A stretch of DNA of 64,000 bases from an uncultured archaeon (GTDB lineage Archaea; Thermoplasmatota; Thermoplasmata; Thermoplasmatales; Thermoplasmataceae). The notes under the pieces are model-generated. The model was not told the DNA's origin and did no database searches. It was given only the letters and a program-made list of their open reading frames with translations. The position numbers and the translations under genes are program-made. Of the stretch, positions 1 through 10,913 are shown in pieces. Position 1 is the stretch's first letter. Each line of letters begins with the position of its first letter. The DNA lies in assembly GCA_000965745.1 (NCBI GenBank), contig CP009479.1, positions 1,760,001 to 1,824,000 of the forward strand, written 5' to 3'.

Positions 1-2
1 TC

Positions 3-452
3 AAGCTCTACGGAAAATTATACGGGCTCAAATACTACATACTGAAATTTTATAATATATATGGTGAAGGAAGTCGGAAAGGTGCTGTTTACCTTTTTAC
101 AAAAGCAGCACTAAATGGCGGTGATATTGTAGTATATGGAGACGGGGACCATATCAGGGACTTCTTCAACGTTAAAGACGTAGTGCGTGGATGCATGAAG
201 ATAATAGGCAATGAAATACATCCAGGCGAGTACGAATTCGGAAGCGGGATAGGAACTTCAGTCAAAGAATTGATAGCCAAGGTACAGGAAGAAACAGGCA
301 AGTTTCTCAAAATAGAGAAGAAAGAGTATATACTGCCAGAAGCGGAGAGGCTGGTAGCTTCTAATCCAATAATCTCTGACCCCCTACCTCTTTCAGAAGG
401 TATAAGACAGGTTAAGGCATTCGTCGAAAAAGAAAGTAGCGATTCTGCTTGA
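3..452 (+). CDS. NAD-dependent epimerase/dehydratase, 5'-truncated by the window edge
   Basis: Frame is open from base 3 and reads KFYNIYGEG...VVYGDGDHIRDFFNVKDVV, typical extended-SDR C-terminal motifs. Confidence 0.85.
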   Translation, partial: KLYGKLYGLKYYILKFYNIYGEGSRKGAVYLFTKAALNGGDIVVYGDGDHIRDFFNVKDVVRGCMKIIGNEIHPGEYEFGSGIGTSVKELIAKVQEETGKFLKIEKKEYILPEAERLVASNPIISDPLPLSEGIRQVKAFVEKESSDSA

Positions 453-534
453 TCCATTAGGTTTATGAAAAACATTATTATCGGAGGGTGATTATGTATA
501 TTCAAGTAAAGAGGAGGAATACGACGGGGTTGGC

Positions 535-1362
535 ATGACTGTCTGTATTGAAATTGTTGTCCTTAATGACCAGAGAATTTTCAAATGTCTTGAATCACTT
601 AGAAACCAGGAAATGGTGCCAGATAGGATTCTGATAGCTGATGGAGGCTCGACAAGTGAATTTCTCAACGGTATCAAGAAAGAATTTTCCGATTTGCCGA
701 TCGATATTAAGGACCTGCCTGGACTTCCCGTCGAAACACGGTATAAATCTTTGAGATATTTGTCTGAAGACATAACTGTATTTCTGGATTCTGATCAGTA
801 TGCTCCCAAGGAGTGGTTGAAGCTTATCATTTCACCGTTCTCATCATACAATCAAAATCTCGCCTACACGGGAGGGCCAACAAAGCCCTATAAGAAGCCG
901 ACCAGCAAAATTGAAGAGTACCTCGCGTTGCTGGAGGAGCACATTTACGGAGACGATATCTCAAAAAGCTTGACATATATTCCGCTTGGTAACACTGCTT
1001 GGCGCACGGAAGTGCTTCTAAACCTCAAATTTGACAAAAGACTCAAATTCGAGGCAGAAGATAACGATTTGGAAACACGCGCATACAATTCCGGTTATCA
1101 TGGGAAATTTGTCAAAGAGGCTTGGGTGTGGCATGACAAAACCATCGATAAGAGTGTTTACAGGGCAATGAAAAAGAGGTATCGTTACTTAGTCGGCGCA
1201 GCCACGGTATTTTTAAAAAATGGAACCATTGGTCAAAGAAGTAAAGAGAGGAGGAAAATGATTAGGCACGCTTACGCCGTGTTGGAGTTATTACTGAAGC
1301 CCATTGCTTTCCTTCATGCTTTCGTGAGATGGAACATCCACATTAAGAAAATTGAAGAATAA
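535..1362 (+). CDS. GT2 glycosyltransferase
   Basis: IADGGS and FLDSD (DxD) motifs; EDNDL. Confidence 0.9.
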   Translation: MTVCIEIVVLNDQRIFKCLESLRNQEMVPDRILIADGGSTSEFLNGIKKEFSDLPIDIKDLPGLPVETRYKSLRYLSEDITVFLDSDQYAPKEWLKLIISPFSSYNQNLAYTGGPTKPYKKPTSKIEEYLALLEEHIYGDDISKSLTYIPLGNTAWRTEVLLNLKFDKRLKFEAEDNDLETRAYNSGYHGKFVKEAWVWHDKTIDKSVYRAMKKRYRYLVGAATVFLKNGTIGQRSKERRKMIRHAYAVLELLLKPIAFLHAFVRWNIHIKKIEE

Positions 1363-1376
1363 GATTCCACTGTCTG

Positions 1377-2786
1377 TCACGCCTTCGGTGGTTTGATAGG
1401 ATCTGACGGGAATAGAAATTCGCTGTTTCCGGCAAAAATCATCAGCTCATCAAGAAGAGTTTGGGCGATCTCGAGATTCTCACTTATTTCGACAGGGTTG
1501 CAATGATGGGAAAATTCCTCAATTGTTCCTCTGGAGCCGTTGACAGTCAAACTATAGCCGTTTTGGGACCAAACCCTTTTTCTTATTTCAGGAGGATATT
1601 CCTTGGCCATATCCCCAAGAAATAGGTTCCATTTAGGTTCGTTGTATCCGAACGCCTCAGAGAATACATAGTCATGCAAAGCCATTCCACTGGATCCATC
1701 CTTTGCGACACCAAGAATAAAGTCGTAAATGTCCACCGTGTTTACGTAGTCATCCACAGTTGAAGGGGATTTCCCTGGTATTTTTATCAACAGAGGCACA
1801 TTGACGACCGCATCATTCAACTTGTACTCGTGACCTATGTAAAGATTCTCACCCATGGACTGTCCATGATCCGAAGTCACAACAATTATGCTATCGTCGT
1901 ATGAACCAGATGACTTCAAGTACTGAACCAATGAACCAATAAACTCGTCTACCAATTGCACTTCGTTCAGGAGAGCTTCCCTGGCACTTTCGAGCGTAGA
2001 TGAATGTTTTTCAGCTCCCTCCAAGTTTCCTGTGAAACTAGCTCTAAAATAGCTTCGTCTGGCTATTTCAAATGGGTCCCTGCTGTCGAAAAATTTCATT
2101 TTACTTCGGCGAAAATTATAGGGCTCATGCATTTCAATGCAATTCAGAACAGCAAGGAATGGAGATTTGGGATTGGAATTTATGAATTCCTGCAACACAT
2201 CTTTATGGCCTTTATAGTGTGGAAACCCTATTCTTCTATTGTACAACCTCCTTCTGACTCCTAGGCTGATAATTTTTAAGAGATTTGAAGTCCCAATCAA
2301 CTTTCTGAGTTCAAATAACTTGCCTATACTCTGGTACTTGTTCAGTGGTTCCCCGTTTGATAGGGCATGCTGCTGTCTTGAATATTCCATTTGCTTTACG
2401 ACCGGGCCAACGTTTACAACCTGGTCAAAGCCCTGCTGAAATGCGGTGTCTTTGCCAACAAGGATGTTTGCGGATACCAGGATTGTTTTGTATCCTTCTG
2501 CTCTAAGTTTTTCCTGGAAAGTCTTATTCTGTTGTGGGAATGAGGAAATGGCACGCACCATTTCACTGTCATTAAACCTCATGGTCATACCATGTTCAGA
2601 GGGGTATAAGCCAGTAAAAATGGACGCATGGGTTGGGATTGTCCAGGGGGATGGTGAAACTGCATTTCTGTAAACAGTAGACTCTGAAGCCAGTTTTTTA
2701 AGATTGGGCAGTTTATCAAGATTGTTGTAGAGAGTATCTCTCCTGAGCGTGTCAAGCACGATCAGTAGCACGTTGCTCTTCTTCAT
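1377..2786 (-). CDS. Sulfatase/alkaline-phosphatase-superfamily protein (possible transferase)
   Basis: LIVLDTLR, SPWTIPTHASIFTG, HEPY, TSDHG; ATG at 2786 overlaps the upstream stop (TGATG). Confidence 0.85.
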   Translation of the reverse strand: MKKSNVLLIVLDTLRRDTLYNNLDKLPNLKKLASESTVYRNAVSPSPWTIPTHASIFTGLYPSEHGMTMRFNDSEMVRAISSFPQQNKTFQEKLRAEGYKTILVSANILVGKDTAFQQGFDQVVNVGPVVKQMEYSRQQHALSNGEPLNKYQSIGKLFELRKLIGTSNLLKIISLGVRRRLYNRRIGFPHYKGHKDVLQEFINSNPKSPFLAVLNCIEMHEPYNFRRSKMKFFDSRDPFEIARRSYFRASFTGNLEGAEKHSSTLESAREALLNEVQLVDEFIGSLVQYLKSSGSYDDSIIVVTSDHGQSMGENLYIGHEYKLNDAVVNVPLLIKIPGKSPSTVDDYVNTVDIYDFILGVAKDGSSGMALHDYVFSEAFGYNEPKWNLFLGDMAKEYPPEIRKRVWSQNGYSLTVNGSRGTIEEFSHHCNPVEISENLEIAQTLLDELMIFAGNSEFLFPSDPIKPPKA

Positions 2787-3586
2787 CACATGTAACCCAT
2801 TGATCTTAATTTTTCCATCATGCCTTCTTTGTCCTGAGACCTACCAGCTCTTTCCCCGGTGTTCTCAAGATCTTGTTCCCAGGCTGGGAGATCAGACTGT
2901 TTTGTTGAATCGTGAATGCCATCAATGGATCTGAATCCTTCTTTGTATTTCGGATGGATGGGAAGATTGTTGTCGAAAATATATGTCCAAACATCCTTCT
3001 CCATGAATGGCAGTATAGGCTGGACCCTTACATGCTCGGGATTTTCCCTTGAGGAGATGAACACTTCGGTTGACCTCGCCGTGTTCTCGTCCCATCTTAC
3101 ACCGGTAACCAGGGCATTGAATCTATACCTCGCAATCGCGTTGTTCATGGCAACTGTCTTGAGAAGGTGATTTCCCACTTGTGTGTCAAGCGAGTACTCA
3201 AAGGAATCTTCCTCAAAACCTATTCTCCTTGCTTCACTCCTGTTCTGTTCATTCAGATCAGCAAGCTTAATCACTCCGTCCTTGACGTTGTTTATAACAT
3301 CGTCATTCCTCGCCATGATGACTTTGAATCCCCAATCCTCACTTATCTTCTTTAACATATCTAAGGTTTCCTGGAAGTGGTCACCGTGGTCTATAAACAT
3401 CGCCGGAGGTAGCTTCATGTTGAGTTCGTCAGTGACTTTCTTGACAAGATGCAGTGCTACCGTACTATCCTTGCCTGCACTCCACACAACAGTTGGCCTG
3501 TTGAATTTTTTAAAGGCTCCCTTTATCACTATCTTTGAAATTTCCTCTTTGAATTCTATGTCCAGTATGCTTTCCTTTCTTGTCAT
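2786..3586 (-). CDS. PAPS-reductase-family PP-loop protein, CysD (sulfate adenylyltransferase subunit 2)-like
   Basis: WSAGKDS PP-loop, TGVRWDE, C-terminal ERAGRSQDK...SMGYM resembling CysD; start moved to ATG 3586. Confidence 0.8.
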   Translation of the reverse strand: MTRKESILDIEFKEEISKIVIKGAFKKFNRPTVVWSAGKDSTVALHLVKKVTDELNMKLPPAMFIDHGDHFQETLDMLKKISEDWGFKVIMARNDDVINNVKDGVIKLADLNEQNRSEARRIGFEEDSFEYSLDTQVGNHLLKTVAMNNAIARYRFNALVTGVRWDENTARSTEVFISSRENPEHVRVQPILPFMEKDVWTYIFDNNLPIHPKYKEGFRSIDGIHDSTKQSDLPAWEQDLENTGERAGRSQDKEGMMEKLRSMGYM

Positions 3587-3776
3587 TGGTGAGAGTAGAT
3601 TATATAATTGTTCTAATAGTCTTTTCCATTGGTATCTCAAGATACAAAAACCCGAAAAAGGGAGGAGAACCATACATTTTATAGATAAATGGAACACTTT
3701 GGCGGCTACTGAATTTTCAGTTGTATTCCGGAGAAAGTACAATAGGTCTTAAATATCCTGGCAGAATCGCAGGTTA

Positions 3777-4856
3777 TTGTCCATCGAAGTGGAAAAGACT
3801 TCGTTAAAGTCAAGTGCAGGGAACTCATCCGATCTCACGAATGGATATGACATAAGTGTGGTAATAATATCCCATTCAAGAAAAGAATTCATTCTAGATG
3901 CTTTCAGATCTGTCATTGAACAGACTTTTCCGCGAGATAGATTCGAGGTAGTTGTTGTCAAGAATTACGAAGATGAAGAGATCGACGGCGAGCTGCAGGC
4001 TAATCAAGCTAAACTTGTGTTGGAACTCAAAGAGAGCTTTGGGGCCAAAATAGCTTCAGGAATCGAAAACTCGACTGGGCGTACAATATGCTTTCTCGAT
4101 GACGATGACATCTGGAGCAAAGAAAAACTTGAGACCGTTTACACTTTATTTCAGAGCCCAGATGTCGTCTACTATCATAACAGCCAGTTATTCGTCGATT
4201 CAGAATTAAAACCCCTGGAGAAAGATCTGCTTCCTTCGGAACTTGGAAAAATGAATGAGATTGGGCGCCTCGAGATTTCAAAAGACTCAGGGAAACGGAA
4301 ACTTGGCCTCATCTATTCGGCATCCTCAGATTTCAATCTAAGCTCCATATCCGTCAGTAGGGAGTTCATCCAGAAATTCAACAGTGTGATTGGGGCATTC
4401 GACTCGACTCTGGATTCCCTGATATTCTATCTTGCTTTTGGTTCTGGCAGCAAACTGATCTTGGATTCAAGACAGCTGACAAGCTACAGAAAGCATCAAA
4501 ATAACATATCAAAAATTGCGCTATCCGGGACAGACAAAGGTTCAGACATAAGAAAGAATTTTATTTTGAGACAGGCAAGAGGTTTTGCAGAAATCTGTGA
4601 TTATTTCAAGAGAAATGGAGACTCAAAAACTTATAGGACAGTTTGCCCTGTAGCAATAGGTCTCGAGATGATCGCCAACCTCCAGGACGGTCATCTGGGC
4701 AGATCAAGGCTTCTTGCAAAGCTTCTGAAATTCATAGCTACTGCAGGCATAGACCTCATGATGGCAAGGAAAGATTTTGCGTTCTACGGTCTTCTGCAGA
4801 TAATATCGCCCAGAAAAGCCAAATCAGTTTATGTTGAACGCAGCGGGAACCTGTAA
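3777..4856 (+). CDS. GT2 glycosyltransferase
   Basis: ISVVIISHSR, EVVVVKN, CFLDDDD. Confidence 0.9.
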   Translation: MSIEVEKTSLKSSAGNSSDLTNGYDISVVIISHSRKEFILDAFRSVIEQTFPRDRFEVVVVKNYEDEEIDGELQANQAKLVLELKESFGAKIASGIENSTGRTICFLDDDDIWSKEKLETVYTLFQSPDVVYYHNSQLFVDSELKPLEKDLLPSELGKMNEIGRLEISKDSGKRKLGLIYSASSDFNLSSISVSREFIQKFNSVIGAFDSTLDSLIFYLAFGSGSKLILDSRQLTSYRKHQNNISKIALSGTDKGSDIRKNFILRQARGFAEICDYFKRNGDSKTYRTVCPVAIGLEMIANLQDGHLGRSRLLAKLLKFIATAGIDLMMARKDFAFYGLLQIISPRKAKSVYVERSGNL

Positions 4857-4868
4857 TTTTTATTCGGG

Positions 4869-4888
4869 TTGCAACCGCAAGGTTGCAA
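4869..4888. terminator. Hairpin between convergent GT genes
   Basis: TTGCAACC-GCAA-GGTTGCAA: perfect 8-bp stem with GNRA loop. Confidence 0.45.
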
Positions 4889-4907
4889 ACACCGTGAAGT
4901 AGAAACA

Positions 4908-6002
4908 TCAATGGCTGGTCGGCATACCTTCATCATTGCCCGCACCCACCGAGAGGGCTATCTGGGCTCTTCTATCCATATATGATTTCCTGGCCTTCTC
5001 AGGGTTAATGGCAGCAAGGAACGAGTAATAGACCACATCCTTCCTGTGTATTATCTCTGAGATTCTGGAGTGTGCGAGATAGCTGAACACGTTAATAAGG
5101 TTACTGAGTCTCCCGGAACGTCTGTTTATGATGTTATGGAAAATGAGCGAAATGAAGTAATAATGGGCTGTTGACCGGATGAGATCTTTTGCATCCGTAT
5201 CCTTGGCAAGATCGTAAAACGCCTTTCTGTTCTCATACATCATTTCCATTGTATTCCCTATACGCTCGACCCATCCTTCTGAGTTCACTGCAGAATCAAG
5301 GGACGTATTCTGTTGATGGAATCTGAAGGAGCTTGATTTGACGGCGTCCACCATTATAACTCCCTTCATTCTTACCGCAAGGATGTACATTATCGTGTCC
5401 ATACCAAGCTTGAGTGAGGATATGATTTCGGAATTCTCGCTCACAAGGCGACGCCGGACAGCTATGGCTGACAGGTTGTACGTCGCTGTATCGAATTCCC
5501 TGTACGGGTTGTGCCTCTCCCCCCCTGAATAACTGTATCTAATGGTTCCAATTCTTTCGACTGACCTTATGAATTGTTCAATAACCGGCCTTCCCGCAAT
5601 CTCATTACCGTCCCCATCGATGAAATTGGTGAGGTTATGATAATAGATCAGGTCCCCGTCACTCATGAATGCTTCTTGAACCCTCTGTAGCTTGTCACTC
5701 CTGAAAATATCATCATCCTCAAGGAAAGCTATCACATTTCCACTGGCAATGGAGAGACCCTCCATTATTTTTTTACCCTGGCTTTCTTCCGCGCTTTTCA
5801 GCCACTTGACCATGTTCGCGTTGAGGTATTCTTCCAAGTTAGCGTTCATGTAGTTGGATACAAGGATGATCTCGTAGTGCTCTCTGCTAAGAGTCTGGTT
5901 GAGAGTGCTCTCTATGGCCTCCATGAGGAACGGGCGCTCTTTGTATGCGGTGATTATGACAGAGATCTCAACGCTCATGTCTGCTAAAGTAATCTTATTC
6001 AT
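4908..6002 (-). CDS. GT2 glycosyltransferase
   Basis: ISVIITAYKER, AFLEDDD; paralogue of 3777; true start may be MSVEIS. Confidence 0.9.
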   Translation of the reverse strand: MNKITLADMSVEISVIITAYKERPFLMEAIESTLNQTLSREHYEIILVSNYMNANLEEYLNANMVKWLKSAEESQGKKIMEGLSIASGNVIAFLEDDDIFRSDKLQRVQEAFMSDGDLIYYHNLTNFIDGDGNEIAGRPVIEQFIRSVERIGTIRYSYSGGERHNPYREFDTATYNLSAIAVRRRLVSENSEIISSLKLGMDTIMYILAVRMKGVIMVDAVKSSSFRFHQQNTSLDSAVNSEGWVERIGNTMEMMYENRKAFYDLAKDTDAKDLIRSTAHYYFISLIFHNIINRRSGRLSNLINVFSYLAHSRISEIIHRKDVVYYSFLAAINPEKARKSYMDRRAQIALSVGAGNDEGMPTSH

Positions 6003-6168
6003 ATCTAATTAATGTCTCTTTTCTGACCCCATTATTCCACCTAGAAACTAATAGCATTGGCAGTGGGTATCTTTCACGATTCTGGCAACCATTAGAGATT
6101 TCAAGACACACATACCTACATAAATACCTAGAAAAAAGGGATATTAGAAAGAACAGAGATTCAACTTC

Positions 6169-7062
6169 GTGGAACAGGTAACATTTATAAATAGAAAAGA
6201 GCAGGAATCTACAGTTTCATCACCCGCAATGGATTACCTGAATATCTTTGTGCGAGGAAACAGACTTGCGAAGAAAATGATCTGGAAGAACAGGTACTTC
6301 AGGGACCTGGGTGATATTTACTCGAGAAGGATCAGTTTTAGTGAGAAGATAAGGGATATACTTTCAACAGAGGTCAAGAAATCAAACTTTAAAGAGTGGT
6401 CAGATTTCCCGAAGAAGATCGCGAGGGAGCACTATGGGATTGAGTTTCCACATGAGACGCCGAGTCTCGCACTGCAGGAAGTCTTCATGGCCAACATCTA
6501 TTTCTCATTCCCAGAATTCATCCCTGAAAAAGGTGAAACAGTCGTTGACGCAGGATCGCAGTACGGGGATTATTCTCTCCTGTGTTCCAAAGTTTACGGG
6601 GCCGGAAAGGTGATATCCTTCGAGCCTCTGGAGCACATATACGATGCATTTGTGCGGGCAGTTCAGATGAACTCGGTCAACAACATCGAGATACACAACG
6701 CTGCTGTATCTTCCTCTGATTCCACGGTAGAGATACACAATTTCGATGGACAGATGGGCTCAAAATTCGGCAATTCTCCTACAAAGGCAGTAAAATCGGT
6801 CAAGCTTGATTCGGTTGTTTCCGGGCAGGTGGATATTCTCAAGATAGACGTCGAGGGTTTCGAGATAGATGCACTGGAAGGTGCTAGACGAATCATCAAG
6901 GAGAATCATCCAAAGATTATCATAGAAGTCCATTCTAGGGATCTCAAGAGAAAGACTCTGAATCTACTGGAGGAATACGAGTACATCGTTATACATGAGG
7001 GAAGGAAAGCTTACAGCACTTCAGGGCACATCGATATGATCCAAAACCTGTACCTTTACTGA
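6169..7062 (+). CDS. FkbM-family methyltransferase
   Basis: VVDAGSQYG, SFEP, LKIDVEGFE. Confidence 0.9.
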   Translation: MEQVTFINRKEQESTVSSPAMDYLNIFVRGNRLAKKMIWKNRYFRDLGDIYSRRISFSEKIRDILSTEVKKSNFKEWSDFPKKIAREHYGIEFPHETPSLALQEVFMANIYFSFPEFIPEKGETVVDAGSQYGDYSLLCSKVYGAGKVISFEPLEHIYDAFVRAVQMNSVNNIEIHNAAVSSSDSTVEIHNFDGQMGSKFGNSPTKAVKSVKLDSVVSGQVDILKIDVEGFEIDALEGARRIIKENHPKIIIEVHSRDLKRKTLNLLEEYEYIVIHEGRKAYSTSGHIDMIQNLYLY

Positions 7063-7289
7063 CCTTTTTTTTGGCCTTGAATTTAAGGTAGGACGCAACA
7101 CTTCTGGAGGATAAACTTTTTAACTTTTATGCTGGTGTGTGAGGATAGTAAACACACTTCATATTCTACTGGATATGTCGTGTTGACTGATTATCGCCTA
7201 TGGACTTCCGGAATTCGGTTATCTGAATTACCGGGATTGTGCTGAAAGCTGGGCACTGGGAGCCGACTTAATAAAAAGAGAGAGGAGGA

Positions 7290-8342
7290 TCAGTCTTGAG
7301 CATTCCTCTTCATTCTGATTTCTGTCAGACTCTTCCACTGATTTGATACTCTTATCCATTCAAATACTGCGAAGATTCTCCTCGACAGTCCGGGTGAAAT
7401 AAGGTAAACAACAAAAATGGCTATGAAGAAGGGAGGCAGTCTCTCACTTGTTTTTGATACGTCCCTCAGATAGTCTCTGCCAAGTTTAAAGAGCTTCTTT
7501 CTGTCAGCCGCCGGATTCCTGATGACAGATTCTATCACGATCCAGGAATTGATCTTCCAGAAATTCTTCTTTATGACCGGGTCGGTGATCGAGTTAAATA
7601 TGAATTCCCTGTCACGGGCAGCAAGATTTGAAAAGGACTTCCTTTTGCTATATACATGACTAAAGTTGCCAATCATCCTGCTGGCGCTACTGGCGTACCA
7701 CCTCATCCGGGTGAGTTCCTCCATATCCGTCAGGATGCTTTTTCCTGGTGCGAGCGAAGAGTAAAAGATGAAGAGGTCGGGCGCTCTCTCTATCCTCGCA
7801 AGATCCTGAAGCTTCCCCTCAATCATTTCCCTACGGATGGCCATGCAGCTTACGTTGAAGGGAAGTCTTGTGGTGAGCAGGTGGCCAAGCCTGCGGAAAA
7901 TCTCTTGCGAATCACTGAAGTCAATCGGTTCACCGAACTTCTCTCTGTTTATGTATGAAAGCTCGGATCCATTCTCCAATACTACTGTTTCTGGGTTCCT
8001 GTACAGTGTGAGGTTCGGGTATCGGGCGAAAAGAGAACTCAGGTGTTCCAGTTTCTTTGCAGTGAATTCGTCATCGTCCTCCAGAAAGGCTATGATATCT
8101 CCGGAGCTGTTTTTTATTCCGATAGCGAGTTTTGAACCGACCGGAACTTCGTCGGTATAAATCCCGGAGATCCCATGCTCTTCGATGTAGGAGTCCAGTT
8201 CCGGGTCGCGGAAATTCTTCACCACAACGACCTCGTAAGAATTTCTATCCAGGCTCTGAGAAAGAACGGAATCTATGGCACTCCTAAGAAACTCCCTCCT
8301 GTTGTGTGCCACAACGATCACAGAAACATGAGGATTCAGCAC
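7290..8342 (-). CDS. GT2 glycosyltransferase
   Basis: VSVIVVAHNRR, EVVVVKN, AFLEDDD. Confidence 0.9.
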   Translation of the reverse strand: MLNPHVSVIVVAHNRREFLRSAIDSVLSQSLDRNSYEVVVVKNFRDPELDSYIEEHGISGIYTDEVPVGSKLAIGIKNSSGDIIAFLEDDDEFTAKKLEHLSSLFARYPNLTLYRNPETVVLENGSELSYINREKFGEPIDFSDSQEIFRRLGHLLTTRLPFNVSCMAIRREMIEGKLQDLARIERAPDLFIFYSSLAPGKSILTDMEELTRMRWYASSASRMIGNFSHVYSKRKSFSNLAARDREFIFNSITDPVIKKNFWKINSWIVIESVIRNPAADRKKLFKLGRDYLRDVSKTSERLPPFFIAIFVVYLISPGLSRRIFAVFEWIRVSNQWKSLTEIRMKRNAQD

Positions 8343-8619
8343 TTAAGGTTATCAGTAGTGTAATTTAAGTATTTATCGGTCTACAAGAATATTCTTCATA
8401 TATGCCTTTGATACCCTTTGAAAGGACTTCTACAACATAAGTATTACACGTATTCTACTTAAATTATCAAGTGCATTAATTACTTGCCTAAGTCTAGTTA
8501 CTTGTATTAATACACTTATTATCATTATATCAGTTTATCTGAAATCAAAGCACAGATATGGCAGCATCAAGAGAGTTCAGAGCAACAAGATTAAATCAAA
8601 GACATTAATCAAATGGGAG

Positions 8620-9186
8620 ATGGATACAAGAGAGGTTGAACAGTATATTCAGGAAGGCTTGGAAGCGAGAAGGCTTATAGATGTGGAACAGGTCGTCAGA
8701 ATAGGGAAGGTGATTTCGGAGGCTTACAGGAAGGGGAGGAAGACCATGTTTTTTGGAAACGGCGGCAGTGCAGCTGATTCACAACACATAGCCGCGGAAT
8801 TTGTCGGTCGTTTTGAGAAGGAAAGGAAACCTCTGCCTTCGCTCGCACTTTCTGTTAACTCTTCATCGGTGACTGCAATCTCTAACGATTATTCATACAA
8901 CAATGTCTTTGAGAGGCAGGTCAGGGCTTTCTCCGTTGAAGGTGATGTTGCTGTGGGTCTTTCCACAAGCGGAAATTCCACGAACGTTGTAAACGCCCTA
9001 CGCGCCGCACGGACTATTGGTTGCTACTGCGTGGCCATGACCGGTTCGAAGGGAGGGAAGGTCGAAGAATATGCCCACGAGGTGATAAGAGTTGGAAGCT
9101 CCAGAACGTCTATAATACAGGAAGTGCATATTGCCGTTGGACACATACTCTCAAAGATCGTAGAGGAAGATATCTTCGGACAGTAA
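8620..9186 (+). CDS. gmhA: D-sedoheptulose-7-phosphate isomerase
   Basis: GNGGSAADSQHIAAEFVGRF, STSGNS, IQEVH. Confidence 0.95.
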   Translation: MDTREVEQYIQEGLEARRLIDVEQVVRIGKVISEAYRKGRKTMFFGNGGSAADSQHIAAEFVGRFEKERKPLPSLALSVNSSSVTAISNDYSYNNVFERQVRAFSVEGDVAVGLSTSGNSTNVVNALRAARTIGCYCVAMTGSKGGKVEEYAHEVIRVGSSRTSIIQEVHIAVGHILSKIVEEDIFGQ

Positions 9187-9243
9187 TTCACCTTCTCTCA
9201 AGACTTCTAGATAAACGGAGCGCCAGGCCCAAGAGACTATTTC

Positions 9244-9885
9244 CTACTCGCCGGCTGCTTTCGTATTCTCTTCTTTATGGGCACCAGAACGGGGAAGTGC
9301 ACTAATGAAGGCTTGTACATCCTTCCCATAGAATTTGTCGATTACTCCAGCCAATTCATTTCTGTCAAGCTCCCACCATCTGGATTCGAGGAGGAGACTG
9401 ATCTCACTCTCGCTGAACCTTTCCTTGATAACGCGCGCGGGATTGCCTCCGACCACGGAATAGGGAGGGACATTCTTAGTCACCACTGCGTCACCGGCAA
9501 TTATGGCACCGTGCCCTATCTCGACACCATCGGTAATCATGGCGTTCATCCCGATCCAGACGTCATTGCCAATCTTCACCGGACGTATCGGTCTGTTTTC
9601 CTCTTCTACACTGAGCCCCTGGAATCTGACTTTCATAGGGTACGTAGTTATGCCCATGCTGTGATTTCCACCCAGTATTATTGTTATGGTTCCTATTGAG
9701 GAGTAACGCCCAATTGTTATTCTGCCGCCCTCCTGGTAAGAAAACACATCTATCTTGCCGTAGGAATAGTCTCCGACGGTGCATTCCACATCCCTGAGAT
9801 GCATCAGGAACCTGACATCATTCACAACTCTGACGTTGTAAGATAATTCTTCCAGCTTCTTGCGGAAGAAGCGTTTGAAGTTCAT
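9244..9885 (-). CDS. CatB/xenobiotic-type hexapeptide O-acetyltransferase
   Basis: [34 protein letters not shown]; start reset to ATG 9885 to avoid overlap with the divergent gene. Confidence 0.9.
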   Translation of the reverse strand: MNFKRFFRKKLEELSYNVRVVNDVRFLMHLRDVECTVGDYSYGKIDVFSYQEGGRITIGRYSSIGTITIILGGNHSMGITTYPMKVRFQGLSVEEENRPIRPVKIGNDVWIGMNAMITDGVEIGHGAIIAGDAVVTKNVPPYSVVGGNPARVIKERFSESEISLLLESRWWELDRNELAGVIDKFYGKDVQAFISALPRSGAHKEENTKAAGE

Positions 9886-10003
9886 CGGAATTCGAGATGC
9901 ATGGCTGATAATAAACTTCGCTCCATAGAGTTCAGATAGGGTAAATTTACACGCAGGATTTACGAAAGCAAACATATAATATTTCATATGATAACCACTA
10001 CGA

Positions 10004-10909
10004 ATGGAAACTAAGAACATCATCATCACCGGCGGGGCCGGGTTCATCGGGAGCAACCTTGCAGAAGCGTTAAAGGACCACAACCTGACAATTATCGACA
10101 ATCTCCACACTGGAACAGAGGAAAACATCAGGTCTGCCGAATCTGGGGCTACTTTCAAGAAAATGGACGTCAAAGATATTGGTTCACAGACCGGTGACTT
10201 TGACAGCATTTACCATCTGGGGTTCTACTCGGCGTCGCCAATGTACCGTGACAATCCCAATCTGGTATCGGAGGTCATAGCGGGGATGATAGCTGTTCTG
10301 GAGTTCAGTGTAAAGAATTCCAGCCCCCTCGTGTTCTCATCTACTTCCTCAATCTACAACGGAATCCCCGTCCCACACAGGGAGGATATAATTCCCAAGG
10401 TCTCCGATTTCTACACTGAAGCAAGAATCGCTTCCGAGAGGCTGGCCGGACTTTATGCCAAACTTCATGGAGTGAACGTTGCGGCGATGCGATTCTTCTC
10501 AGTCTATGGATATCACGAAAAGGCCAAGGGCGGGTACGCCAACCTCGCGACCCAGTTCCTGTGGGAAATGATGGGGGACAGAAGCCCTGTTGTCTATGGC
10601 GACGGCACACAGAGGCGTGACTTTGTTTTTGTCACCGATGTTGTGGATGCGCTCATCAAAGCATCTTCGATCAGAGGATATGATGTCTTCAACGTGGGAT
10701 ATGGCAAGAACTATGATCTGAATGAACTTGTGTCGAAATTGAACTCTCTTTTGGGAAAGAATATCGCGCCGAAGTACATCGAGATGCCAGTAAAGAACTA
10801 CGTCATGGAAACTCTCGCCGATGTTTCTAACGCATCCGCCAAACTTGGGTTCCGGGCCAAGATCGACCTGGACAAGGGTTTGAGATTGATACACGATTAC
10901 TACAGGTGA
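10004..10909 (+). CDS. NDP-sugar (heptose?) epimerase/dehydratase, extended SDR
   Basis: [29 protein letters not shown]; lies directly upstream of hddA. Confidence 0.9.
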   Translation: METKNIIITGGAGFIGSNLAEALKDHNLTIIDNLHTGTEENIRSAESGATFKKMDVKDIGSQTGDFDSIYHLGFYSASPMYRDNPNLVSEVIAGMIAVLEFSVKNSSPLVFSSTSSIYNGIPVPHREDIIPKVSDFYTEARIASERLAGLYAKLHGVNVAAMRFFSVYGYHEKAKGGYANLATQFLWEMMGDRSPVVYGDGTQRRDFVFVTDVVDALIKASSIRGYDVFNVGYGKNYDLNELVSKLNSLLGKNIAPKYIEMPVKNYVMETLADVSNASAKLGFRAKIDLDKGLRLIHDYYR

Positions 10910-10913
10910 ATTT

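Noticed and set aside
1377-2786. Bona fide formylglycine sulfatase
   Set aside because: The (C/S)xPxR motif is replaced by TIPTH.
9886-10209. Long N-terminal extension of the acetyltransferase ORF
   Set aside because: It overlaps the divergent epimerase and its promoter; ATG 9885 is the plausible start.
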